A stretch of 32,000 nt of DNA from Alkalilimnicola ehrlichii MLHE-1 (GTDB lineage: Bacteria; Pseudomonadota; Gammaproteobacteria; Nitrococcales; Halorhodospiraceae), in contig NC_008340.1 in the NCBI RefSeq assembly GCF_000014785.1, positions 2,820,001 through 2,852,000 of the forward strand, written 5' to 3'. Below the pieces are notes generated by a model. It did no database searches. It was not told where the DNA came from and was given only the letters and a program-made list of their open reading frames with translations. This document shows, one piece after another, positions 23,950 through 31,465 of this stretch. A program made the position numbers and the translations under genes. Each line of letters begins with the position of its first letter. The first letter of the stretch is position 1.

Positions 23950-24472
23950 TCCGGTGCCCCGCCGCGCCGCCCTGGCCGCGGGGCTGGGCTACGCGGCGCT
24001 TTATCTCTGGCTGACCGGTGATCTCGACCTCACGGGCGACACGGCCTGGCGCTGGCAGTTGGGGCGCCTGGAATGGGCACATGTAATCCAGGCACGCGCG
24101 CCGTTTCTCTACGAAGCCGTTGCCCTCGTCCAGGCGGGCCGCCTGATGTGGCTCATCAGCCCGCTGAACCTGCTGATCACCGCCCTGCTTGCGGGCCTGC
24201 TGGCCGCCAATGTGCACGGCATGCTGACCCTGCGCCGTGGCGCGGCCACCCATTGCCGCAGCGGGCGGGGGGGCGCGGCCAGCGGCGCCCTGCCGGCATT
24301 GCTGGCCGGCTCCGCCTGTTGCGCCCCCGGCATCCTGCTGCTGTTGGGCATTCCGGCCCTGGGGGCCTTTGTCGGGTTGTTCGCCTGGCTGATCCCCCTC
24401 TCCCTGCTGCTGCTGGCCCTGAGCCGCGGCTGGCAGCGGTGGTGGGGCGCGCCCCCGCTCCTCGGGCGCTAG
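23933..24472 (+). CDS. Hypothetical 4-TM inner-membrane protein with intramembrane vicinal cysteines (MerT-like SACC motif)
   Basis: Four hydrophobic segments. LLAGSACCAPGILLLLGIPALG places Cys129-Cys130 (nt 24317-24322) inside TM3. The ATG overlaps the DUF3179 gene end by 17 nt. The stop shares CTAG with the convergent kinase gene. Confidence 0.6.
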   Translation: MALAADPVPRRAALAAGLGYAALYLWLTGDLDLTGDTAWRWQLGRLEWAHVIQARAPFLYEAVALVQAGRLMWLISPLNLLITALLAGLLAANVHGMLTLRRGAATHCRSGRGGAASGALPALLAGSACCAPGILLLLGIPALGAFVGLFAWLIPLSLLLLALSRGWQRWWGAPPLLGR

Positions 24473-25800
24473 TACCGCAGGGTGACGTCGAAACGCGCTC
24501 CGCCGAGGGTTTCGGAGCGGTCCACGGTCACCTGGCCACCCCGGACGGCGGCCAGGTCGCTCACCACCGCCAGGCCTATCCCCTGCCCCGGGTGGCGTTC
24601 ATCGGCCCGGCCACCGCGGGCCAGGATCCGCTCCACCTGTGCCGCCGGGACACCGGGGCCGTCGTCCTCCACCTGCAGCCACAGGCCCTCGCCGTTGCGC
24701 TGGCCCGCGCTCACCACCACCTGCGAGCGGGCATGGCGCACGGCGTTGTCCAGCAGGTTGCCGGCCAGCTCCATCAGCTCCGCCTCGCCACCAGCGAAGC
24801 GCACATCCGGCGGGCAGTCCAGCCGCAACCGCACGCCAGGGTCCAGCTTCCGCAGCGCCGCCAGCAGCCGTTCCAGCACCGGCCGCACCGGCAACCGGTC
24901 ACCCAGCGGGGCCGGTCCGTGGCCGGCCCGGCGCAGGTGGTAGTCGATGGCCTGGTCCATCCGCCGGAGCTGGGCGGTGGCCGTATCGGCCCCGTCGGCG
25001 GGCAACTGGCTGCGCAGCACCGCCAGCGGGGTCTTGAGACTGTGGGCCAGGTCCCCCAGGGCCTGCTGGTGGCGCTCCATCCGTTGTTGCTGGGCGGCCA
25101 GGAGCTGGTTGAGTCGGCGGGTCAGGGCGCTGAGCTCCGGCGGGTGGTCCTCACCCAGCCGGCGGACGCGGCCGGCCTCCACCGCCTGCAGCTCACGGCC
25201 GATACGGCGCAACGGCTGCAGTGTCCAGCGCAGCAACAGCAACTGGGTGAGCAGCAATCCCCCGGCGGCCACCGCCAGCCAGCCCCAGAGCGCCTGGCGG
25301 AAGCGGGCCAGTTCACCGGCGAAAACGGCCTGCTCCTCCAACACCTGCAGGGTGAAGCGACCGCGTTCGCCATCCGCCTCCTCCCAGGCGATCCCGTAGG
25401 CCAGGCCGTGCAGCGGCGCCCCGTCGGCGGGGGCCACGCCACCCTCCTGGGTCTCGCCGGGCGCCAGCCGGGGCGGCGCGGGCAGGGTCCGGTCCAACAG
25501 TGAGGGCGAGCGCCAGCGGATGGTGCCACCGTCGTCGATCACCTGGGCATAGAGCCCGGAGCCGGCGCTGCGCAGCCGCGCATCGGGCAGTTCCCCGGCC
25601 AGGACCAGGGCCTGATCGCGCAGCTCAGCGGCGGCCAGCAGCCCGAAGATCTGCCCCTGGAGGCGCTGGCTGCGGGCCTCCTCGGCACCCTCGCGGAAGG
25701 CGTGGTCGACCACCAGTCCGGTGGTGCCCAACAGCAGAAGCAGGGAGGCGCCGGCCACCCAGAGCACCCGGTGCAGCAGCGGGAGGCGCCGCAGACGCAT
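24469..25800 (-). CDS. Sensor histidine kinase (PhoQ/QseC/BqsS-like: TM, periplasmic domain, TM, HAMP, HisKA, HATPase)
   Basis: H-box LGDLAHSLKTPLAVL, N-box NLLDNAVRHA and G-boxes EDDGPGV / GQGIGLAVV. Two TM segments flank a periplasmic domain of about 145 aa. The start ATG at 25800 overlaps the regulator stop (ATGA). Confidence 0.9.
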   Translation of the reverse strand: MRLRRLPLLHRVLWVAGASLLLLLGTTGLVVDHAFREGAEEARSQRLQGQIFGLLAAAELRDQALVLAGELPDARLRSAGSGLYAQVIDDGGTIRWRSPSLLDRTLPAPPRLAPGETQEGGVAPADGAPLHGLAYGIAWEEADGERGRFTLQVLEEQAVFAGELARFRQALWGWLAVAAGGLLLTQLLLLRWTLQPLRRIGRELQAVEAGRVRRLGEDHPPELSALTRRLNQLLAAQQQRMERHQQALGDLAHSLKTPLAVLRSQLPADGADTATAQLRRMDQAIDYHLRRAGHGPAPLGDRLPVRPVLERLLAALRKLDPGVRLRLDCPPDVRFAGGEAELMELAGNLLDNAVRHARSQVVVSAGQRNGEGLWLQVEDDGPGVPAAQVERILARGGRADERHPGQGIGLAVVSDLAAVRGGQVTVDRSETLGGARFDVTLRY

Positions 25801-26480
25801 CACCCCGCCCTCGCCAGCCTTAACCGGTAACCCCGGCCGCGCAGGGTCTCGATGGGTTGGAGGGTGCCGTCGGGGTCCAGCTTGCGGCGCAGGCGGCGGA
25901 TGAAGACCTCCATCACGTTGCTGTCGTGCTCGGCCGCGTCGGGGTAGAGGTGTTCCTCCAGCCGGGTCTTGGACAGCACCGCGCCCTGGTGCAGCATCAT
26001 GTAGTGCAGCAACCGGAACTCGCTGCCGGTCAGCTCGATCCGGGCACCGTCGCGCCAGGCGGTCTGGCTGCGGGTGTCCAGCGCCAGCGGCGGGCACCGC
26101 AGCACCGGGTCGGCCCAGCCCCCCGCACGGCGCAGCAGCGCCTGGACCCGGGCCAGCAGCTCCGGCATCTCGAAGGGTTTGACCAGGTAGTCGTCGGCCC
26201 CGGCCTCCAGGCCGGTCACCCGATCCTGCCAGTGCCCCCGGGCGGTGAGGACGAGCACCGGCAGGGTGCGTCCGTCCGCGCGCAGCGCGCGGATGAGTTC
26301 CAGGCCGGAGAACCGCGGCAGGCCCAGATCGATGATCGCCAGATCCAGCGGGTAGTCGCGGGCCATGTGCAGCCCCTCGCGACCGTCTGCCGCCTGGTCC
26401 ACCACGTAGCCCGCGCGGCCGAGCGCGTCGGCCAGTTGCCGGCGCAGGGCGGGTTCGTCCTCGACCACCAGCAGCCGCAT
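25800..26480 (-). CDS. OmpR/PhoB-family response regulator
   Basis: MRLLVVEDEPALRRQL...DLAIIDLGLP (receiver Asp) with a winged-helix C-terminus ...IETLRGRGYRL. The ATG at 26480 overlaps the upstream PepSY stop (TGATG). Confidence 0.9.
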   Translation of the reverse strand: MRLLVVEDEPALRRQLADALGRAGYVVDQAADGREGLHMARDYPLDLAIIDLGLPRFSGLELIRALRADGRTLPVLVLTARGHWQDRVTGLEAGADDYLVKPFEMPELLARVQALLRRAGGWADPVLRCPPLALDTRSQTAWRDGARIELTGSEFRLLHYMMLHQGAVLSKTRLEEHLYPDAAEHDSNVMEVFIRRLRRKLDPDGTLQPIETLRGRGYRLRLARAG

Positions 26481-26713
26481 CAACGGACCTCGCCGGTGCG
26501 GGCATCGACCCGGAAGACACGCACTTGGCCCGGGGCGACCAGCACCCGGACCCGGTAATGATTGCCGCGGCGCTCGACCCCCAGGACCCGGCCGTCGGTG
26601 TGCTCGCGCACCCGGGCCACGGCCTCGCGTTCACTCAAGCCGGCCGGCGCCGGGGTCGCGAGCAGCAGCAACGGCGTGGCGCAAAGCAGGCGCAGGCAGG
26701 TTCTACGGTTCAT
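26480..26713 (-). CDS. Small secreted PepSY-like domain protein
   Basis: MNRRTCLRLLCATPLLLLATPAPA signal peptide, then LSEREAVARVREHTDGRVLGVERRGNHYRVRVLVAPGQVRVFRVDARTGEV, which is the PepSY pattern. Translationally coupled to the regulator. Confidence 0.65.
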   Translation of the reverse strand: MNRRTCLRLLCATPLLLLATPAPAGLSEREAVARVREHTDGRVLGVERRGNHYRVRVLVAPGQVRVFRVDARTGEVR

Positions 26714-26765
26714 GCCGTTAATGTACACCAGTGCGCGTGCCCGGTGCCGCCACCCGCGGCCGCCG

Positions 26766-27281
26766 TCAGTAGTGGTCCGGGGTGACCGAGACGCGCAGGC
26801 GGATACGGTCGCCGGGGTGACTGTTGGTGCGCGTGGTGTACTCGCGGCCATCGTAGCGGTAGCGCACCCGGTAGCCGTCGTGGCGCTCCTCGGTCCGGCG
26901 GTCGTAGACGGTCCGGCACTGGCGCTCGTTGACTGTGTAGGTCCGCGACTCGCTCCCGCTCAAACCGTCCGCGATGCCGGCACCGGCCAGCGTGCCCGCG
27001 GCGATGGCGGCATCGCGCCCGCGGCCGCCGCCAAAGCGGCTGCCCACCAGGCCGCCGGCCACGCCGCCGGCGATCACCGCGGCGGTGTTGCGCTGCCCCT
27101 GGGTGGTCCGCTGCACCGGCTGGTCCCAGCACTCCTGGCGCGGGTTGGAGACCTCCACCGTGCGGTACTGCGGCGTGACGCTGAGCACTTCACCGTAGGC
27201 ATACTGGTCACCTGCGGCCTGGGCCAGCCCCGCCACCAGCAGGCCGGCGGTTGCCAGGGCAGTGATCATCGGCTTGTTCAT
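26766..27281 (-). CDS. Glycine-zipper (Rick_17kDa_Anti / SlyB-like) outer-membrane protein
   Basis: Signal peptide MNKPMITALATAGLLVAGLAQA. Glycine zipper AAVIAGGVAGGLVGSRFGGGRGRDAAIAAGTLAGAGIADG. AGGAGAGG lies 6 nt upstream of the ATG at 27281. Confidence 0.8.
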   Translation of the reverse strand: MNKPMITALATAGLLVAGLAQAAGDQYAYGEVLSVTPQYRTVEVSNPRQECWDQPVQRTTQGQRNTAAVIAGGVAGGLVGSRFGGGRGRDAAIAAGTLAGAGIADGLSGSESRTYTVNERQCRTVYDRRTEERHDGYRVRYRYDGREYTTRTNSHPGDRIRLRVSVTPDHY

Positions 27282-27334
27282 GGCACACCTCTCCTGTTCT
27301 TGTTCGGCCAGACGGGGACAGGATGCCCGGACGT

Positions 27335-27373
27335 GGCTGAACGCAGGCTGAACGGCGACACGAACGGCTGGAC
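27335..27373. promoter_or_regulatory. Tandem direct repeats GGCTGAACG x2 at 11-bp phasing, plus a third degenerate copy; candidate response-regulator box
   Basis: GGCTGAACG at 27335-27343 and 27346-27354, and GGCTGGAC at 27366-27373. The repeats lie 54-92 nt upstream of the glycine-zipper gene ATG, on its upstream side. Confidence 0.4.
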
Positions 27374-27430
27374 GGTGGTGGTGGCGTTGGTGCGGGCGCC
27401 GGGGCGGGGATCGTCCGCTGGGGCGACTTA

Positions 27431-27547
27431 TGCGCACCGAGCAACGCAGGGAAAAATCGGGAAAAGCGCGTGCCTGTTCGAGCGAAGCGAGTTCACGCGC
27501 GCCGATTTTTCCCGAGTAGCGCAGGGAACCCCCGAAGGGGGTGCGCA
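27431..27547. repeat. ~117-bp nested inverted-repeat element (MITE/REP-like element or structured leader)
   Basis: The outer repeat is TGCGCAC (27431-37) / GTGCGCA (27541-47). The middle repeat is GGGAAAAATCGG (27449-60) / CCGATTTTTCCC (27502-13). The inner repeat is GCGCGTG (27466-72) / CACGCGC (27494-500). There is also a direct repeat CGCAGGGAA (27444-52 and 27520-28) and a CCCCC-GAA-GGGGG hairpin (27529-41). Confidence 0.5.
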
Positions 27548-27619
27548 TTTGGAGCCCCGGGGGACGACCCCCCGCCCCGGCGCCCGCGCCAACACCACGA
27601 CTTGGTTTAGAATGGCCCC

Positions 27620-27988
27620 ATGGCCAAACGACTGATGAACCTTCGCAACGTCCCCACCGACGAGGCGGACGAGGTGCGCGACCTGCTGACCCGGGAAGGG
27701 ATCGATTTCTACGAGACGCCGCCCAACCGCTGGGGCCTGAGCGCCGGCGGTATCTGGCTGCGCGACGAGACCCAATACACCGAGGCCCGCCGCCTGCTGG
27801 ACGACTACCAGCGCGAACGCCAGCGCCGCGCGCGCGAGGCCTACGAACAACAAAGGCGGGACGGCACCGCCGAGACGGTGACCAGCCTGTTCCTGCGCAA
27901 CCCGCTCAAGGTGATCCTCTACCTGGGCATCGTCGGCACCATCCTCTACTTCTCCATCCGACCGTTCTTCTCCCTGGGGGCGGGCTGA
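27620..27988 (+). CDS. Hypothetical protein with soluble N-terminal domain and C-terminal TM anchor (122 aa)
   Basis: MAKRLMNLRNVPTDEADEVRDLLTREGIDFYETPPNRWG..., then a basic coiled segment, then LKVILYLGIVGTILYFSIRPFF. No SD. TAGAAT (27608-13) would place +1 on the ATG. Confidence 0.55.
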   Translation: MAKRLMNLRNVPTDEADEVRDLLTREGIDFYETPPNRWGLSAGGIWLRDETQYTEARRLLDDYQRERQRRAREAYEQQRRDGTAETVTSLFLRNPLKVILYLGIVGTILYFSIRPFFSLGAG

Positions 27989-28017
27989 CCGGCCCCCGCA
28001 ACGGATCAAGGGCTGCC

Positions 28018-29049
28018 ATGACCACTGCGCCACGCGACCTCTGGCCCCATTGCGGCTATACGACCCTGCAGGCCACCGCCGGCGGCCTGCGCCCCACGGC
28101 CGATCTCTACCGCCACCTGCTGCGCCGCCCTGAGCTTGCCCCGCCGGAAGAGGCCGCCGCGGCGGAACAACGTCTCCACCGCCGGCTGCTGGATGACCCC
28201 CTGCTGCCGCTCAACGCAACGGTGCTCCAGACCCTGGGCGACCCCGACGCCGAGGCCAATTACCAGGTCTACCGCGGGTTCCGCGACCTGCTCGAAGAGG
28301 CCGGTACCCTGGAGGTGGCCTACCTGCGCATCGCCCGTGGCCAGACCGACGGCCCGGTGCCCCCGGTGTTGATGGACTGGCTGGCCCAACTCATCGTCCG
28401 CCACCTGCTGGGCCCGCAGCCCGATGCCTTCCGCGCCCGCGCCGGCGAGCTCTTCTTCCGCGAGCAGAAGGTGGCCCTGGAAGGCGGTGTGGTGTTGGCC
28501 GACCACGCCTACCTGGAGACTCAACGGGGCACCCCCGGCGGCCCCGACATCCTCCAGTCGCTGCTGCGCGAGGCGCAGGGCCTGGCTGCGGATGGCCGGC
28601 CAACCCTGGACGTGCTGAACATGGAGACGGCAGCGCACTACCTGGAAGCGAGCGAGGCCCACGACCTGGCCTTGGATATCAGCTACGACAGCCCCGGTCT
28701 GCTGGCACTGGCCGGGCTGCTACGGGATTGGCTGTACCACTTCACCGGGCTGGAAGGCCGGCTGGCACCGGTGAAGGCCATCGACGACCATCGCTGGCGC
28801 TGGCATGTGGGCCTGGACGCCGCCAGTACCGATCTGCTCAACCGCCTCTACCAGGGGCACGAACCGCGCCCCGAGGAACAGCGCCAGATTCTGGCCCTGT
28901 TCACCCTGGAGTTGGACGACCAGGCACGGCTACGACCCGACGCGGTCGGCTACCCGGTGCACCTGGGGCTGGCGATGAGCCGCCAGGGTTTTCTGCGCCT
29001 CAAGCCGCAGAACTTGCTGATCAACCTGCCCCTGCGCGAGGACGGCTGA
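28018..29049 (+). CDS. Conserved hypothetical protein (343 aa, no motif recognised)
   Basis: Coding-like composition from the ATG at 28018 (MTTAPRDLWPHCGYTTLQA...), 29 nt after the preceding gene. The upstream part of ORF 27541..29049 is Pro/Arg/Gly-rich and overlaps the 27620 gene, so it is rejected. Confidence 0.6.
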   Translation: MTTAPRDLWPHCGYTTLQATAGGLRPTADLYRHLLRRPELAPPEEAAAAEQRLHRRLLDDPLLPLNATVLQTLGDPDAEANYQVYRGFRDLLEEAGTLEVAYLRIARGQTDGPVPPVLMDWLAQLIVRHLLGPQPDAFRARAGELFFREQKVALEGGVVLADHAYLETQRGTPGGPDILQSLLREAQGLAADGRPTLDVLNMETAAHYLEASEAHDLALDISYDSPGLLALAGLLRDWLYHFTGLEGRLAPVKAIDDHRWRWHVGLDAASTDLLNRLYQGHEPRPEEQRQILALFTLELDDQARLRPDAVGYPVHLGLAMSRQGFLRLKPQNLLINLPLREDG

Positions 29050-30013
29050 AGCCCGCCCGCAGCCGCTCGACCAGCGTAGGCTCCAGCCAGTAGCGGGGCC
29101 GCCAGGGCCGGCCGTGAACGAAACCCAGATGGCCGCCACCCGGGCTCAGGGCCAATCGCACCCAGGGTGACAGGGCGCCGGGCGGCGGCAGGGTGGCGGC
29201 CGGGCAGAAGGGGTCGTCGGCGGCGTTGATCATCAGCGTGGGCACCCGGATGCCATCCAGGCGCTGTTCCGGGGCACAGCGGCGGTAGTAATCGGCGGCG
29301 CCGGCAAAGCCATGGAGCGGGGCGGTGAGCCGGTCGTCGAAGGCCCACAGGCTGCGGACCCGCAGCGCCGCCTCGATCTGTGGCGGGGCGCAGCCAGCGG
29401 CCCGCTTGCGGCGCAGCATGGCCTTGAGGTCGCGGACCATGGCCCACTGGTAGAGGCGGGCGAACCCCTGATCCAGCCGGCGCGCGCATTCGGCGAGCCT
29501 CAGCGGGGCCGAGACCACCACCGCCGTCGCCACCCCGGCCTCTGCCCCCGTCCGGCCGAGCCAGTTCAAGGCCACAATCCCCCCCATGGAGAAGCCCACC
29601 AGCGCCAGCGGCCGGTCGGGGTGGCGACGGCGGATGTAATCCACGGCCTGTTGCAGATCGCCGGTCTCACCGGCATGGAAGAACCGGGGCAGACGGTTGG
29701 GCCGACCACCGGCGCCACGCGCCTCCATCACCACCGACCCCATCCCCGCCTGCGCCAGGGCGGCCTTAAGCGCGAGCACGTAGGTGGAGCGGGCGGAGCC
29801 GGCCAGGCCGTGCAAGATGAGCACCAGCGGGCCACCGGCCGGATCAGGCCCCCAGACGAGGTTCAGCACATCCCCATCCGGCAGGGCCAGACGCTCCGCC
29901 GCCTGCCGGACCCGGGGCGGCCGGCGGACCAGCGCCGGCCACAGGGTCTGGGCATGGGGGTTGGCCAGCCACGCCGGCGGGGTGAACGGCGGCGGGTTCA
30001 GCGGCTCAGGCAT
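29021..30013 (-). CDS. Alpha/beta-fold hydrolase, YheT type (COG0429)
   Basis: The N-terminal F.PP.WL.N.H.QT pattern (FTPPAWLANPHAQTLWP), LVLILHGLAGS, the nucleophile elbow GFSMGG, and a C-terminal GGHLGF histidine. Confidence 0.85.
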   Translation of the reverse strand: MPEPLNPPPFTPPAWLANPHAQTLWPALVRRPPRVRQAAERLALPDGDVLNLVWGPDPAGGPLVLILHGLAGSARSTYVLALKAALAQAGMGSVVMEARGAGGRPNRLPRFFHAGETGDLQQAVDYIRRRHPDRPLALVGFSMGGIVALNWLGRTGAEAGVATAVVVSAPLRLAECARRLDQGFARLYQWAMVRDLKAMLRRKRAAGCAPPQIEAALRVRSLWAFDDRLTAPLHGFAGAADYYRRCAPEQRLDGIRVPTLMINAADDPFCPAATLPPPGALSPWVRLALSPGGGHLGFVHGRPWRPRYWLEPTLVERLRAGFSRPRAGAG

Positions 30014-31257
30014 TCCACCCGGTCACGTCCCAGGTGCTTGGCCCGGTACAGGGCCTCGTCGGCCCGCCGCACGAGGGTCCTGCAGGTGTCGTCATCGCGC
30101 AGGGCGCAGACCCCGAAACTGGCCGTCACCGGTGCGCCGTGGGGAAAGCGGTGGGCGGCCACCCGCTCGCGCAGCTTCTCCGCCAGCTCACCGGCCGCCG
30201 CCAGCGGCGTTTCCGGCAACAGCACCATGAACTCCTCCCCGCCCCAGCGGGCGACGGTGTCGGCGGTGCGCACGTTGGCCAGCACCAGCCCGGCCAGAGC
30301 CTGGAGCACGGCATCACCCGCCTCGTGGCCATGCGCGTCATTGACGGCCTTAAAGTGGTCCAGGTCAAACATCAGCAGGGACAGCGCACCACCATAGCGC
30401 CGGCAGCGCTCATAGTCCCGCTCCAGGAGTTGCTCGAAGCTGAGGCGGTTGGCCAGCCCAGTGAGGGCGTCGGTGGTGGCGGCACGCTTCAGTTCCTCCT
30501 CCATCCGCACCCGCTCCGTGATGTCCTTGCCGGTGGCCACGTAACGCACCACCTGGCCCTGGTCCGCCCGCACGGGGGTGATACTCTGCTCCAGGTAGAA
30601 CAGCGCTCCGGAACGGTTGCGGTTCAGGAAGGTGCCGCGGAAGGTCTCGCCGCGCTCCAAGGTGGTCCAAAGGTCCCGGTAAAAGCGGGCACTCTGCTCA
30701 CCGGAGTTGAGCACAGCCGGGGTCTCGCCGAGCACCTCATCGCGGCGGTACCCGGTGATTTGCTCGAAGCCGCGATTGACGTAGACGATGCACCCCTCGG
30801 TGTCGGTGATGAGGATGCTGGCAGCGGAGGACTCCACCGCGGTGCTCAACAGTCGCGCCTCCTGCTCCAACTCGCGCTCGTGGGTGACATCCCGCTGGAT
30901 CGACAACCAGGCGGTGATCCGGCCGCTATCGTCGCGCACCGGCGAGATCAACCACTCCACGTGGTAAGGCCGGCCGTCCTTGCGGTAATTGATGGCACTG
31001 CCCTCGAACCCCTGCCCCGCCGCCAGCCGCTGGCGCAGGGTCCGGAGCACCGCCGGATCGGTCGCCGCACCCTGCAGGATCTTGGGCGTGTGTCCGATCA
31101 GCTCCTCCCGCGTGTAGCCGGTCATGCGCTCGAAGGCGGCGTTGACATAACGGATCCGCTGCCCGGCACCCTCCAGCCCGGGGTCGGTGACCACGACGGC
31201 GTTGTAGGACTGCTCCACCGCCGCCCTCAACAGGCTCTCATCCAGCCCCTGCTCCAT
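29998..31257 (-). CDS. Diguanylate cyclase with two PAS domains (PAS-PAS-GGDEF)
   Basis: The two PAS domains are VVVTDPGLEGAGQRIRYVNAAFERMTGYTREELIGHTPKILQG and ILITDTEGCIVYVNRGFEQITGYRRDEVLG. The GGDEF domain has ATTDALTGLANR, DLDHFKAVNDAHGHEAGD and the active site RWGGEEFMVLL. ATG at 31257 has GAGG 7 nt upstream. The 3' end overlaps the yheT-like start by 16 nt. Confidence 0.9.
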   Translation of the reverse strand: MEQGLDESLLRAAVEQSYNAVVVTDPGLEGAGQRIRYVNAAFERMTGYTREELIGHTPKILQGAATDPAVLRTLRQRLAAGQGFEGSAINYRKDGRPYHVEWLISPVRDDSGRITAWLSIQRDVTHERELEQEARLLSTAVESSAASILITDTEGCIVYVNRGFEQITGYRRDEVLGETPAVLNSGEQSARFYRDLWTTLERGETFRGTFLNRNRSGALFYLEQSITPVRADQGQVVRYVATGKDITERVRMEEELKRAATTDALTGLANRLSFEQLLERDYERCRRYGGALSLLMFDLDHFKAVNDAHGHEAGDAVLQALAGLVLANVRTADTVARWGGEEFMVLLPETPLAAAGELAEKLRERVAAHRFPHGAPVTASFGVCALRDDDTCRTLVRRADEALYRAKHLGRDRVECLSR

Positions 31258-31382
31258 ATCCGGACCTCGACCATGGGTGTCCCTAAGGTGTTTATGGTAG
31301 CGGATGTCGGCTCCGATTGTTCGGTGTGGTGGGGGAATGCCGCTGTGATGCAGTGACCGCCCCCTGCGACGCACCCTGATGT

Positions 31383-31396
31383 GCCATGATCATGGC
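31383..31396. promoter_or_regulatory. Perfect 14-bp palindrome GCCATGATCATGGC in a divergent intergenic region
   Basis: Exact dyad between the GGDEF gene (start 31257, minus strand) and the NuoE-like gene (start 31466, plus strand). Confidence 0.25.
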
Positions 31397-31465
31397 GAGA
31401 CAAGCCATCCAGCGGGGTAACGGCCAGCGGCCCGCCACCACCCCGCGAGCGGAGGATCGCCGGTC

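Noticed and set aside
24469-26634. The 721-aa ORF suggests a much larger histidine kinase.
   Set aside because: Upstream of Met at nt 25800 the translation is Arg/Pro/Gly-rich junk. It overlaps the clearly real response-regulator gene in another frame. The ATG at 25800 gives a canonical TM1 and forms an ATGA overlap with the regulator stop.
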